64,000 bases of DNA. Origin: Cenococcum geophilum. Lineage: Eukaryota. The first letter of the stretch is position 1, and each line of letters opens with the position of its first letter. Location: positions 16,926,001 through 16,990,000 of the forward strand of contig CP158635.1 of assembly GCA_050273025.1 (NCBI GenBank). Reading direction: 5' to 3'. This document shows, piece by piece, positions 25,201 to 38,800 of the stretch. The notes beneath the pieces are model-generated. The model did not search any database, had not been told where the DNA came from, and saw only the letters and a program-made list of their open reading frames with translations. Made by a program: the position numbers and the translations under genes.

Positions 25201-28002
25201 ACCAGTAAAATAGAGCCGCTAAACGCTTAAACTAAATCCTTATAGATAAACTTTACCCTACGCTGCTAAACGCAAATCTATATAAAAAATGGTGGCTAGA
25301 AATACTTATCTCTATTATAAAAATCCGTAACCGGAGCCCTAGTGCTTATATCGGCAAAATACCGTACAAAGCCTAGTATAGTGAGAAACTAGACCTATCC
25401 TTTATCTGAGTACTAGGATGTGACTACCTAGTACTAAAACTAGAAAAGAAACGGCGAAAACTTGCCAATATAAAAACAATACCGTGTAAACTCCTTGGTT
25501 TTAAGGGAAGTCAGAACTACCGTGTTCTAACGGAAAATGGCATAATTACTCGCTCTATAAATGTTATATTTATAGAAAAAAGACCTTATCTAGGTGCCCT
25601 AAGTACTAAAGGGGAGATATAAAAACAGTTAAATAAACGACTAGCTAAAGACCCTATAGGTCCTAGCAGGGCTCCTAAACGACTAAGAGTGCCTTATATG
25701 GAAGATTTATATCCTACTAGTAGGGAAGATGGAAATCTAGTAGATAATAAGTTACTAGCTTGGCTATAGAACCTCAAATCTTCCGAAACCTTTAAAGGGG
25801 AAAACACTAGCGAGATATTACCTAAAAGGGAGGGCGGCGCACCTATAAGCCCCTTAACCACTGCTAGTAGTAAAACACTAGAAAGAAGCGACGAAATGGA
25901 CCTATAAAATACGGGTGAATCGTTAAACCAAACCAACACCAACCCTAATAGTAGGGAACCACTATCTAAAACAGAGAATATACACTTAGTACCTGGCGAG
26001 ACACTTTAAAGCCACCCTAAGCTACAAATATTAATAAGAGCAACTAAAGGCTAATACTCTAAAGATTTAATAAGGAGGTATATGTTTGTTGTAGCGCTCC
26101 TAGGAGTAGTAAAAGCCGTAATAGAACCTTTTGAACTAAAAACATTGCTATAAGCTAGGGTTAATATCTCTTAGAAATAATAGTTTGCAGTAATAAAGGA
26201 CGAATATAAGTCCCTACTTAACAATATTACGTAGACCCTAGTCGATCCTCCCCTAAATAGACAAGTCCTATAAGGAAAATAGGTTTATAAACTTAAAAGA
26301 GAACTAAACAGTAAAATACTACGGTATAAAGCCCGCTAGGTTATACGCGGATTTAAATAATAAGAAGGTGTTGACTATAATAAGATATTTGCGTTAGTAG
26401 TTAAACTAATAAGTTATAAAATAATCTTCGCTATCGCTGTAGCCCTTAACCTTAAAATTAAATAAATGGACATTAAGATAGCCTTTTTATATAGAGTAAT
26501 TAACGAAGAAATATATATTAAGTAACTAATGGGGTTAGAAGACGGGATAAAAAGAGTCTGCCAACTAAATAAGGCACTCTACGGACTTAAACAATCACTA
26601 TAAATCTGGTACTGTACTCTTGCCCTCTTTCTAAAAAGCCTAGCCTTTTTACCCCTCTTATCCAACCTCGGCGTGTTTATAAAAGATTATATCTACCTTA
26701 TAGTCTATATGGACGACCTACTAATAGTAGGCCCCGATAAAAATGAAATATAAAAAATTAAAGACGCCCTTAGTAAACGTTTCTAGATAACTAACCTAGG
26801 GCCCTATACCTACTACCTAGGGATGTTAATACGCAGAGACCGACTAACCCGCTCCCTTCGGCTTTACCAAAAAGGGTATATTAAAAAAGTACTACGGGAA
26901 TTTAATATGTGGGAGTATAAACTAGTTGTAACTCCTATGGATACTAATAAACTGGAACCCCTTAAGGAAGGCTTTATAGCTATAGAAATAGACCAGAACT
27001 AGTACGCTAGGGCAATTAGGTCACTAACATACGCCATGCTAGGAACTAGACCAGACATTGCATACGCAGTGTTAGTCTACAGCCGCTATATAGCTAACCC
27101 AGAAGAACCCCACATTAAAGCCGTAAAACGAATTTTCTGATACCTTTAAGGCACTATTAATCTTAAGCTAAACTACTCTGGTTCCTTAGAAGAACTGGTT
27201 AGATATACCAACTTAGACTAGGCGGGAGACATTACGACTAGACGCTCTACTACAGGTTATATCTTTAACATTAGAAGCGGAGCAATCAGCTAGTCATTAA
27301 AAAGGCAGCTAGTCGTTGCACTATTCTTCTATAAGGTAGAATATATAGGAGAAACGCAAGCCGTAAAGGAAGCCGTCTAGCTTAGGAGCCTCCTAGCGGA
27401 GCTACTTAAGTCAGAAGAAGAACTAATAGCGACTATTATCTACGGAGATAACTAAGGCGCTATAGCCCTAGCCAAGAACCTCTAATTTCACTCTAGAACA
27501 AAACATATTGCTATCCAATACTACTACGTGCGGGAAAGACAGACCGAAGGAGATGTAGACTTATAATATATCCCTACTAAGAAATAGGTAGCAGATGGGC
27601 TCACTAAAGCCCTACTAAAAGACAAGTTCGTCGCCTTTAGGAACGCGTTAGGATTAAAAACGCACGAACATTAAATATAGGATGGATGGATTTACCCCCG
27701 TAAAAAGGACTTTTTAGGGCACTCTTTCCCTATTTTTCTTTAAGAGTTTTGAGGTTTAACGAGGCCTAAAGAAAGTCCTATTATTATTTATCCAATCCGT
27801 GTAAGGACTATATGGGAGCTATACTTACGCCGTTAGCTTAAGCGGGAGCTATCGACCTACACCAATTAGTTTAAGTAGGAGTGTTAAGATTCGACCTTCT
27901 GGTGGCGTAGGGAGGCTAGGTATCAGCCTCCTTAATATTGTATTATATAGCTACCAACCTTCCCCTAGAGAATCTATGCAAGTAATATACTACATTTTAA
28001 CA
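22262..28002 (+). mobile_element. Complete Ty1/copia LTR retrotransposon (second family) inserted in LINE ORF1
   Basis: 121-bp LTRs 22262-22382 and 27882-28002; TSD CACCT; PBS GGTTATAAGCCC; degenerate gag, protease, integrase, RT (NKALYGLKQS, VYMDD) and RNaseH. Confidence 0.95.
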
Positions 28003-31000
28003 CACCTATAAGCGGATAGCAACTATAATTATAGTATGAGATCACTACTAAGGAGGTCTTATAATAAGCTAAGAAAAGGAAGCTAAAGGAGATAGTTATG
28101 TAAGAGAGCTCTATATAGGCAGAGGAAGCCCCCTAGAAGGTCGGCCGGCTATAGACTTTTAATTATTCTAGAAAGGAAATAGGCTAGAGGACCCTCTAAT
28201 TAACACTCTAAATAGTACTATATGGTAGTATATACGCCCTAATTTAAATCCTAGTAACCTAGGAGCCTTTACTAAATATAGAGTTTAATATAGAGGTGGA
28301 AGCAGAAGCCTAGATCTGGAGAGAGGCATCTAAAGGCTCTGAAACTGCGTTATAAGGAAGTAAATGGACGCTAAAGGGCACTAACTTAGCTAACTTAGAG
28401 GCTAGTATAGACCTCTTATATTAGGACACCGGAAAATACTTATAATTATATAGTATAATACTAATAACAGTAGGAACGGCGTACTGCTTTACTTCCTATA
28501 AGAGGTAAAGTAGGCGGACCCCTAGCTAGATATATTAGCCATTTAAAAGCCGTAGCAGAGGGACTAAGGAAATATAATATATATTATAAAATCCTACTAC
28601 CTAGTATATGCGGGAGTAGGTAATATAAGGGTCTGCTTCTATATAAATAAGGCTATTAATATAAATAAGTGGGCGCCTATATACTACTTAGCGGATGCAT
28701 ATATAATTAAGCTGGAGGGCTGTAAGAGGACTATCTAGATTTATAATATTTATAACCCCTAATAGATAAATAGCAGTATCTATATACTACCGGAGCTGCT
28801 AAGGGCCAAAGGAGAACATATACTGTTAGGTGATTTTAATCTATACTACCCCTTCTAGGGGGGTATAATAGTAATATACGCGGATAACACGGTGGATAAC
28901 CTTATCTGCGCTATAGAGGCAGCTAGCCTAAGCCTAGCTACTAAGGCGGGTATAGAGATATAGGTAAAGGGTATATTAAAGAGCACGCTAGACTTAGTAT
29001 TTACCTTCCCCTAAATTACTAATAGGCTACTATAGAGTTAAAGATAAGACTACTAGCATATAAGGTCCGACTACTTTCCTATTATTATAGAGGTGGACAT
29101 AGAGACGCTAGAGGGGCCCCCCTTACCTAGGAGACTGCTATAGAAGAAGGCTAATTAGAAGGTAGTGTAGAGTAAGCTAAAGGGCCGACTCTAGCCCCTA
29201 TATAGACTCCTATATAACATAAAAGATAAACTAGACGTACTGGCGGAGGCTATATACTAAGTAATTAAGAATATTATAGCAAAAATAGTACCTAACGCGC
29301 GGCCCTTACTATAAGCCTCTAAAATATAGTTAGAGGAGTATATAGAAGTAATAAAGGAAACCTAATAGGCCTTCTAGGCGTGGAAGGTCTTTTAGTTAAT
29401 ACCCGACTAGATTAACTATAGAGTTATATAGAATAAGAAGAAAAGGGCAATCTAATAAGAGGCTAATAAGCTATAGAGGAGGACCGTTAAAAAGCTAATA
29501 AATAACCCTAAAGGGATATAAAGGATAGTAAAATGGGCGTATATAGCGAACGGGAAGCTAAAGGCCCTACTATAGTTTCCTCCTATTAGCAGACTAGAAG
29601 AGGAGACCCTACACTATAATAATAAGGAGAAGGCTACTATCCTTATAGAGCAGTTTTTCCCGCTACCGGTAGAGGCGGACCTTAGTAATATACTAGGGTT
29701 TGCATACCCGGAGCCGCGAACAGTAAAGGAAGTAGTTAAAAAGGAGGATATTATTACAGCCCTAAAGGGGCTTACCCCTAATAAGGCCCTAGGTCTAAAG
29801 AAGATTATTAACTAATTCCTTAAGACGTGCGGAGAGTAGCTAGCCCTAGTGCTGGCTAAACTCTTTAGCAGCTATATAGCAATTAGATATTACTTAAAAC
29901 CGTTTAAAGACTCTATTATAGTAGTTCTCCGGAAACTATAGAAGCTATTCTATACTACAGTAAAGGCCTACCGGCTAATTACGCTACTTAACACTATTAG
30001 GAAGCTACTTAAGAGAATAGTAGCTAGCTAACTATTTAAAATTACGGAGGAGACGGGTATACTACTGGCTAGTTAGATAGGAGTAAGGCTAGGGCGCTTA
30101 ATATAGATAGTACTAAAGCTACTAACCTAATAGGTATATACGGTATGGAGGAGTAACCTAAACCTAGTAGCCTTATTACTTAGCCTTAATATTTTTAGGG
30201 CCTTTAACTAAGTCTCCTATAAAAGAATAATCTATAATATAAAGGCCTAAGCCGTACTCTATTAGATAGTATAGTTTATAAAGTCCTTTCTTAAGAATTA
30301 AATAACGAGGCTCTTAATTAGAGGATATATGGTATAAATAATATAAACGAACACCGGTATACCCTAAGGCTTAACGCTATTACTAATCCTATTCCTCTTT
30401 TTTGCCTATATACTCCTACTAGAGCTATAAGGGGGAACTACTACGGTATTTAGATTTATTAACGACTTTAATATACTAACGTATAGCAAGACTATAGAGG
30501 AAAACTATAGAACTATAGAAAGGGCGCATAAGGTATACACGGCGTAGGCACGCCGGTATAGGGTAGTATTTGCCCCTAAAAAGTACTACCTTATCCATTT
30601 TATAAGGAGCTATAAAAAGTTTAACATAAAGGCTATAGCTAATATATATGGCTTTATAAAAGGCCTAGTTAGTAACCTATATATATTAGGGGTATAAGTT
30701 AACTTAAAGCTTAAATAGGGACCGTATATTAACATTATTAAGACAAAGGCAATTACCTAAATAGCCGCACTAACCTAGCTTACGGCCTCTATATAGGGCG
30801 CCTCCTTTTAAAAGGCGCGGATAATATACTCCGCTATAGTCCGGCTGGCAATCTTATACAGATATAGTACCTAGTACTCGCTACTAGAGTGGACAAAGCC
30901 TAAGAAAATAAGCAAAACTAAGCTATGCTAGCTAGGCGTAGTATAGAACCTATACCTCCGCACTATTATAGGGGCGTATAAATTAACGCTAACAGTAGTA

Positions 31001-31794
31001 CTGGAGCATAAGACGGGGTTTCCGCCGCTTTAGATATATCTTAAAGAGCTAGCTATAGCCTACGCGGAGAGGACGCAGGAAGGACCGGCAAGAGAGTATA
31101 TTAAGAGAGAGTGTAATACTATACGGGCCACAATAGCCTACTAACTCCGGCCTAAAATAAAGCCACTAATACGGCCTACTAGACGGGACAAGCTTAAGAA
31201 AATAGTGGCTACTATTTTAGGGACAGACACATAGCTAATAAACTTATTTAAAGCGTAGTATAAGAGAAGTAGAAGGGCTAGGGTATAAGAGGCGTTTAAG
31301 GAGTAGTGGAAAAGGGAATAGGAAAAGTACTAGAGCACGCTTACCTACTATATAACGGCCTAGGCCGAGCTATAGAATAAGGAAGTCTTTAAACGCTACG
31401 CGAGGCTTATAAAGGTAGAGAGTACAATTAATACGCTACTTAGAACTGAGCATATAGGGCTTAATAGATACCTCTACTACTAAAAAGTACTAGGGTACCT
31501 AACTCTAGCCTGCCTATGCGGCTATAGCCAATAATTAACAATATACGTAGTGGTGTTCTGCCCTAAGCACGCTACTAGCTAGGCGGAAATATATTATTAT
31601 GCTAGAATATCCTTATATAAAGAGCTTTTAACTAAGCTAAAGGCTACTAAGGTAGTTACGGACTGGTTTATATAGATAAACCTCTTACTATACCTTTTAT
31701 TTACTAGAGAGCTAGCTAGGGTAAAGAGAGGAGGCTAGGAAGTACTTTAAGAGGCGGAGGATAAATACTATAGGGATAGTAGAATATAGTAGAA

Positions 31795-32140
31795 TTTTAT
31801 AAATGGTAACCTAGCAGAAGTTGGCAGAACTCTAGCAACCCGGTAGAATTTAGTAGAACTTATTAACCTGGTAGAATTTAGTAGAACTTAGCAACCTAAT
31901 AAAAGTTAGTAGAATTTTAGCAACCTAATAGAATTTGGTAGAGTTTTAGCAACTTAATAGAATTTAGCAAAGCTTTAGTAACCTAATAGAATTTAGTAGA
32001 ATCTTGGCAACTTAGTAGAATATAATAACCTAATAGAAGTTGGCAGAACTTTGGCAACTTAGTAGAATTTAACAGAATTTAGTAACCTAGTAGAATTTGG
32101 CAGAGATTAATATCCTAATAGAATTTAATAAAACTTAGTA
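31795..32140. repeat. ~21/31-bp minisatellite in the LINE 3' UTR
   Basis: Repeated TAGTAGAATTTAGCAACCT-type units. Confidence 0.75.
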
Positions 32141-32883
32141 AGGTATAAAGCTACGTATATTAACGTAGATATAAATAACGGAACTTTCTATACCACTACT
32201 AGCCTTATAGGCTACCGGCTTACGCCCTACCTAAATAACTAGAGCAGCTAGGAATAAAACCTAGGCCTTAGCTATATACCCCACCGGACAAACCCAGGAG
32301 TACGCATTAAGATGGCTTTTCTATAGCGCCTTAAAGAGACGTCTACTCGTGCTTAGCAGTTACTAATTAGAAGAGAGGCTATATAGGCCGCATAATAAGC
32401 TATATAGGCCGTATAACAAGAGAAGGAGAGGTTTTATCCGGCCCTAGCGATACGGTTTCCCTCTTATATATGTATATATATATACCTATATAGACCCGCT
32501 GTATAGACCCTAATGGGAGCCGCAATAGCGTAATTGAATATTATAATATAACATATGGTTAACTCTATATTTAATAACCCTAATCTATTAGTCCTAATTA
32601 TTTAGGCCTATAAGGATAATATCGGTGGTAATAAGCATTTTGGGTCATTAAGCGGATATATTTAAAGTGTTATAGAATTAATAAAGTAGTTATAAATAAG
32701 TGTTACGGGACACCCCTATAATACCTTACACACGTCCACCTATTTCTACCAACTTAGCAATTAAAGACTAACCGCGAAATGGCAATCTAACGGCAATCTA
32801 CGGCATTCTGCTATATTCTACTAAGTTTTACTAAATTCTACTAAGTTCTGCTAGGACTATAACTTAAACCCTATTCTGCCTAT

Positions 32884-35800
32884 TGTAACGGAACCTTATA
32901 GCAGGAACTACGATAGATTCTGTTAATGGGCTAGGTGTATAGGAAATGCAAAGATAGTAGTTAGAACGTAGATAATAACTAGTGGAGTGGTTGCCTAACA
33001 GATTAACTCTAATTGTATTCTAAGAATCACTATAAGGAAGGAACTATCTAGGTAGGGACTAAAGGTCCTTAAATACATAACCGTACTCCTATAAAATTCT
33101 TCTTATACATAATATACGTCTTATCTATATTAAACGTGATGTTCCTTTTATTTAATGCAGCTAATATGTTTAACCATTATATAACTTACTTACTATTCCT
33201 TATTATATAGTTCCACGGGTTCTATTTTAGTCCGTGCTTATATTAACTAACTAGCTTCTTCCAACTCTTCTCTAAGTAGTTATAATATCGTACTTAAAGC
33301 GTCCGTAATACCATCTCCCTCCTCTTTATTTTCGTCCTTAAAGATACCTAGCATCTCTAAGTTGTTTACTAGAGGTGTAATATCCGTTTAATTAATTTGG
33401 TTAATATCGTTACTTATAATACTTAAAGCAATTTCTTCTCTCTCCTAGGTTAAGCGCCGCCTTTATACCGTCTCCTTAATACTATTACTAGGTAAAGTAA
33501 TAGCAATTTCTTGCTCTTATTATGCAAAAGAGGGGTTAAGTTATGTTGCAATCGCGAGTCCTTCTAGTTGCTAACCTTCCTCTTGTTCTAAATATACTCG
33601 CGCTAATATACATTTATTATATAACGTTCGTTCTGCGTCTAATACTAAGTATACGCGTCCTATTACTCTTAATAGTTTTTAAGTTCCCTAAGTAATTTGC
33701 CGTAGGGTTTTATATTTAATCTGCCGCTGCGAAGCTTAATAGTGAGTTGGCCTCTGCGCTGCTTAAGGTTTAACATGCCTTAAAAGAGTCCGCATGTGTC
33801 CTTAAAGCTTAGCGTCTAGCTTATGCTTATCTTTAGCGTTTAGAACGTGTTTATAAGAAAGTTTATTTAAAGGAGTAGAAGCTTATAGAATAAGGTCTAT
33901 AAGAACTTAGTAATAAAAGAACGGATTCTTTTCTAATAATGAAGGAAACAACTCTAAGTAGTTTGGCAGTTGCTCTTCCTAGGTCCCCCTTAGGTAGTTT
34001 ATTCTTTGGCGATTCTTCTTTATTAATATTACCTAACCTTTTCTCTTCCGATACTCCTATACCCTTCCTATAGCGTTTTTTAAATTTTCTAGTAGCTTTT
34101 AGATAGTCTTGTCGTAGCCTATCCACTTTACTTTATACTATATTTTATTGTCGATGTCCTTATAACTAACAATCTTTAAAACTTACTATTCGTCTTTTTC
34201 CTATTCTCTATACGTATCTACTTTATAGACCGGTGGCTTAACATTTCTATATGCTAGCTCTAGTATTGCGATATATTATATAGGGTAGATCTTTATCCTA
34301 GCTAGTAGGTTTAACTTAAATATAACTAGTGAAATTCTCTATGTAATTTTAAAAGGTCCTAGTCTGACGTAGTCTAACTTCTTACTTGGTTGTTAACTTT
34401 TGAAATTTTTATATAGTAGCTATACTTTATCTCCCTCCTTAAGATCTGGTCCCTTAGATCTCTTAGCATTATAGTACTTTTTTATTCTTTACTGTACTAC
34501 CTTAGCTGTTTCCGTAAGGTTTATATAAAGATTCATTAAAGTCTCTATTCTCTATTTAGCTCTGCTACTTGTTTTCTTTACTTAATATAGTAATAATAAT
34601 GTTCTTAGCTTATATCTATAATTCGCCTTAAATAGTAACGTACCTATTCCTTCTTGTGGTGTTATATTATATGCAAACTATATAACTAGTAATAGCAATA
34701 CCTAATTGTTCTATACGTGATTAATATAATGCCTTAAATACTGTTCTAGTATCTAGTTTAATCTTTCCGTTTAACCGTCTGTCTATAGATAATATATAGT
34801 AAAAGTTACTGCTCGAACTCCTTGTTCCGCCAAGAATACCTCCTAAAATACTACTACGAATCTTAAATCTCTATCCGATATAATTTTACTTAATACTCTA
34901 TATCTTACAAACACTTCTTTAATATAGATTCTAGCAATATCTTCCGCTGAGATTTCTTCCGTATAGGCTATAAAGTATCCCTATTTCATAAGCTTGTCTA
35001 TTATTACTAAGATTATATTATAATCTTATCCAGTAATAGGATCTCTTAACTTTAGTAACTTAATAATAAAGTCCTATAATATAACCTCCTATAGTCTCTC
35101 TAGTGTTTTAATAGGTTATAGCCCTCTATATAGCTTATACCTTATTAGTTTATTTCTTTAGCAATCTAGATATTCTTTAGTAACTTTTTTAGCTATTCTC
35201 TAGATTCCGTTAATAATATACTCCTCCTAGAGTCTTAACACTAAGCCCGTAGCTCTATTATATTCTTAAGTTAGTCCCTTATAAAAGTCCTCTATAAACT
35301 ATTCTGCTATACTTCTTAGGATATACCTTACTTCTTAATTTTCGTATATATCTAACTATAGATCTTTTAGCTATGCTTCTAGAATTCTTTATACCTAAAA
35401 GCTTTTTAGTGTCTCATAGACTTTCTTTAACTTATTCTCTTAAGTTACTATAATCTTTGGATAATTATACCTAATTAATCCGTCTATATCTTTTCGCAGT
35501 AAAGCCCCTAATAGCTTATCGTTATTTTATAGTTTAGCCTTTTAACTTAACGCATTAGCTTACATATTGTTTATACCCTTAGTATACTAAATCTCAAAAT
35601 AGTATTCTATAAGTATCTCTACCTATCTAACCTACCTTTAGTTAAGTTCCTTTATCATTAGGAATCCTATTAGGTTCTTATAATCCGTTTTAACTATAAA
35701 TAGTTTTTTTATACCTTATAAAAATGCTCTCTATTTCTTTAATACTATAACTATACCTAACAACTCCTTATTATAGATGTTATAGTTTAACTCTAGTAGT

Positions 35801-38800
35801 ATTATCTTTCAACTGTAATATGCTACTAGATGCTATCTATTTAGATGCTTTTATATAAAGTATACTCCTAGTATAAAGTCTAATATATTTATTTCTATAA
35901 CCGTTTTTAGTCCTAGTTAATAGATCTTAAGAACTGGCTCCTAGGTAAATAACTTTTTAACTCTTTTAAAGAGTTCTCGCTGTTCCTCTCCCTATACCTA
36001 TAGTTCTTCTTTCTTTGTTAACCGCGTAAATAGTTTAATATCCTTTAACCATTGCGCTATAAACCTTCTATAGTAATTATAAAACCTTAGGAACAATCTT
36101 AATTACGTAACGTTCTCTAGTTCTTACCAATTCACTATAGCCTTAATCTTCTTTAGATCTATGCTAAGTTAGCCTAGTTTAATAATAAATCTAATAAAAT
36201 TGGTCTTCCTGGTAAAGAACTTGCATTTCTTAATTACTACTAGCATCTATTCTTCCTATAGTCTCTTTAAAACCCATTTAACGTATTCTTCGTACTTTTC
36301 TTCGTTTATTAAGTAGATGATAATATTATTAAGGTATACTATAATAAATTCATCTAAATATTTTCCTAATATATTATTAATACGCTTCTAGAACGTTACT
36401 AGTACGTTTATAAGCCCAAATTGCATAACTAATAGTTTATACAGTCCTTCCTTTAATCTAAAGGCTGCCTTTTATTCGTCGCCTTCCTTAATCCTAATCT
36501 AATAGTACGCCCATCTTAAATCTATCTTTATAAAGATTTACACATTACCTATCCTATCTTAGATCTCGCTAATTAAGGGTAAAGAATACCTATCCTTTTT
36601 AGTAATACTATTTAACTATCTATAGTCGATACACAGCCTTAGTTTACCATTCTTTTTTGGTATAAATAGTACTGGATAACCTACTAATAACTGCAATAGT
36701 CTGATGTATCCTTTTTATAAATTTTCTTAGATAAACTCTTTCAATACTCTACCTTCTTCCTCGGTAAGCTTATAGATTAAAAAGAACCTTAAACTTATTC
36801 CTAGTTCCAATTCTATCTTATAATCCTATACTATATACTCTAATAGCTTTTCGCTCTCAGGTAACCATAGTTTCTTACTATATTTATAGTATCTTTTTAG
36901 TATATAGCTTAGCCCTTTTTCCGTTTCTTTATAGGTCGCTCCTACTTAGTACCATACCAACTTAGCTTATTATCGCATCTTACGGCGTTATATATCTCTA
37001 ATATTAACCTAACCTATAACCCAATTAATTTTTGGATTATATTCCTGTAACCAAGGCATTCCTAATACTACTTTATTATTCCCCAATAGTAATATATCAA
37101 AAGACATCTCAACTTATCTTCCTTTAATAGTTAACTAAATAGGTCCTATTTTAAGATTAATAATACCTCCTCCGTAGGCTATTAGATCTCCTAAAATTAT
37201 TACTAATAGATAAGGACGTTCCTTCTGTCTATATAGTAACCCTATTCTTTTAACTTCTACTAGTAAGGTATAGTTCCTTATTACTCCACTATCTACTAAT
37301 ACCTCAAACTGTTAATCTTACCACTTAATTCATAAATTTAGGTGTCGTCCTTAAATTCCTTTAAGGGTCTAAGGCTCTACCACTAGCTCCCTCTAGTCCT
37401 ATAGGCCTCTACTTTTCCTAACTACTAGCTGTTAGATTCTGTTTATACCTAGTCTAACTTAGGCCAATACTTAGTTCGTTTTTTATCTTTAATATACTAT
37501 AGATAGGTATTCTTTAAATATTCCCACCATTATCGTCCATCTAGGCATTCTTCTATAAGGAATCTTCCTGGTTAAAGTATTAAGTCCCCTTATTTTTAAA
37601 CTTCCACTAGGTGCTAACTATACATATACTTAATATTTTAATACTTCGCCTTATCCGTCATCCAATACATCCTTATTAGATACTTTTAATTTTTATTCTT
37701 TAGTATTTTATATATATTACACGCATCATCCATACATACTATCCACAATAGTATATAATATGCTTAATATTTTAGGTTAACTCTCGGTTTATCTTCGTCC
37801 TAGAGTTTAAACCTTTCTTATATTAATCTAAGCGTTATAACTTTATTCGCGGGTACTAAGATTCGCCTTTCGCTTCTCCAGTCCTCTAATTACTCCTCTA
37901 GATCTTTTAATGTTATAATTAAGGCCCCCTTAATATAAGTTATAGCCTTTTCTATAATCGGGTAGTCTTAGACAACTTTTTCATCCAGCCACATATAGAA
38001 ATCCTCCCACTTATTATTATATCGTTGCCTATACCACTTTTAGTACAGCTACTTAAGTGTATATAGCTCGTCTGTAAGAAAATATCTCTTCATTACTGCG
38101 TCGTAACAGCCCTTAGTGTGTTGTTCCTCGAACCTAGTAAAAATCCCTAGATCCTCTTCTTATTCCAATTTGGTAAGCTACTTAGCTCTTAATATACCTA
38201 TTCTAGGCCTATTAGTAATCCTTTATACTAGCGCTCTATCCTTTATACGTCCTAATATACTAGATCTCTTATCTAGTTTCTGTTCTTGCCATAAGGTAAT
38301 TCTTACCCTAAATTCCTCTATAGTTTCTTTTACGTCGCGTTTTACGAGTAGATCCTTAAAGTCTTCATACTTCTTAATCTTAGTATTAGCTTTTTAATCT
38401 TTAGGCTAAATACTATATTTCCCTAGTAAGTCCTCTGGGTTTATATATCTGTCTCCTAGTCTAATTGCTATTTATACTGTAGATTCTCTAATCTATAAAG
38501 AAGCCTCTTGCCTCTTACTTATAGGTGTCCTAATTTATACTCCAAATTCTTAATTCCTTAGATCTTTTAATCCTAAGCTTGCTTCTAACTTAAGCTTAGC
38601 TCTAGTCTTTATCTAACTAGGCTTAATTAGTGTCCTTATCTCGTCTTAAAAGTCCTAAATCTTACTTATTTTATTTTAAGAGTCTTATACTATTAGGAAT
38701 TCTTATCCAAAGCTTATTTATATATCTTTAAACTAAGCTACTACTCTGCTCTATCGGTTTCTATCTATTATAGGTCTTTAAGCTTACCTTATCTTATCTT

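Larger units (their letters stand above)
20895..32553 (+). mobile_element. Full-length Tad1-like LINE (ORF1 with CCHC knuckles; ORF2 APE endonuclease-RT-Zn finger), RIP-degraded
   Basis: 14-bp TSD TATGGTTAACTCTA (20881-20894, 32554-32567); ORF1 QCFKC...H...C near 22012; ORF2 degenerate ILAIQEP (28533), KAPG (29783), GIPQGS (30356), xVDD (30455), CPCG (31511). Confidence 0.92.
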
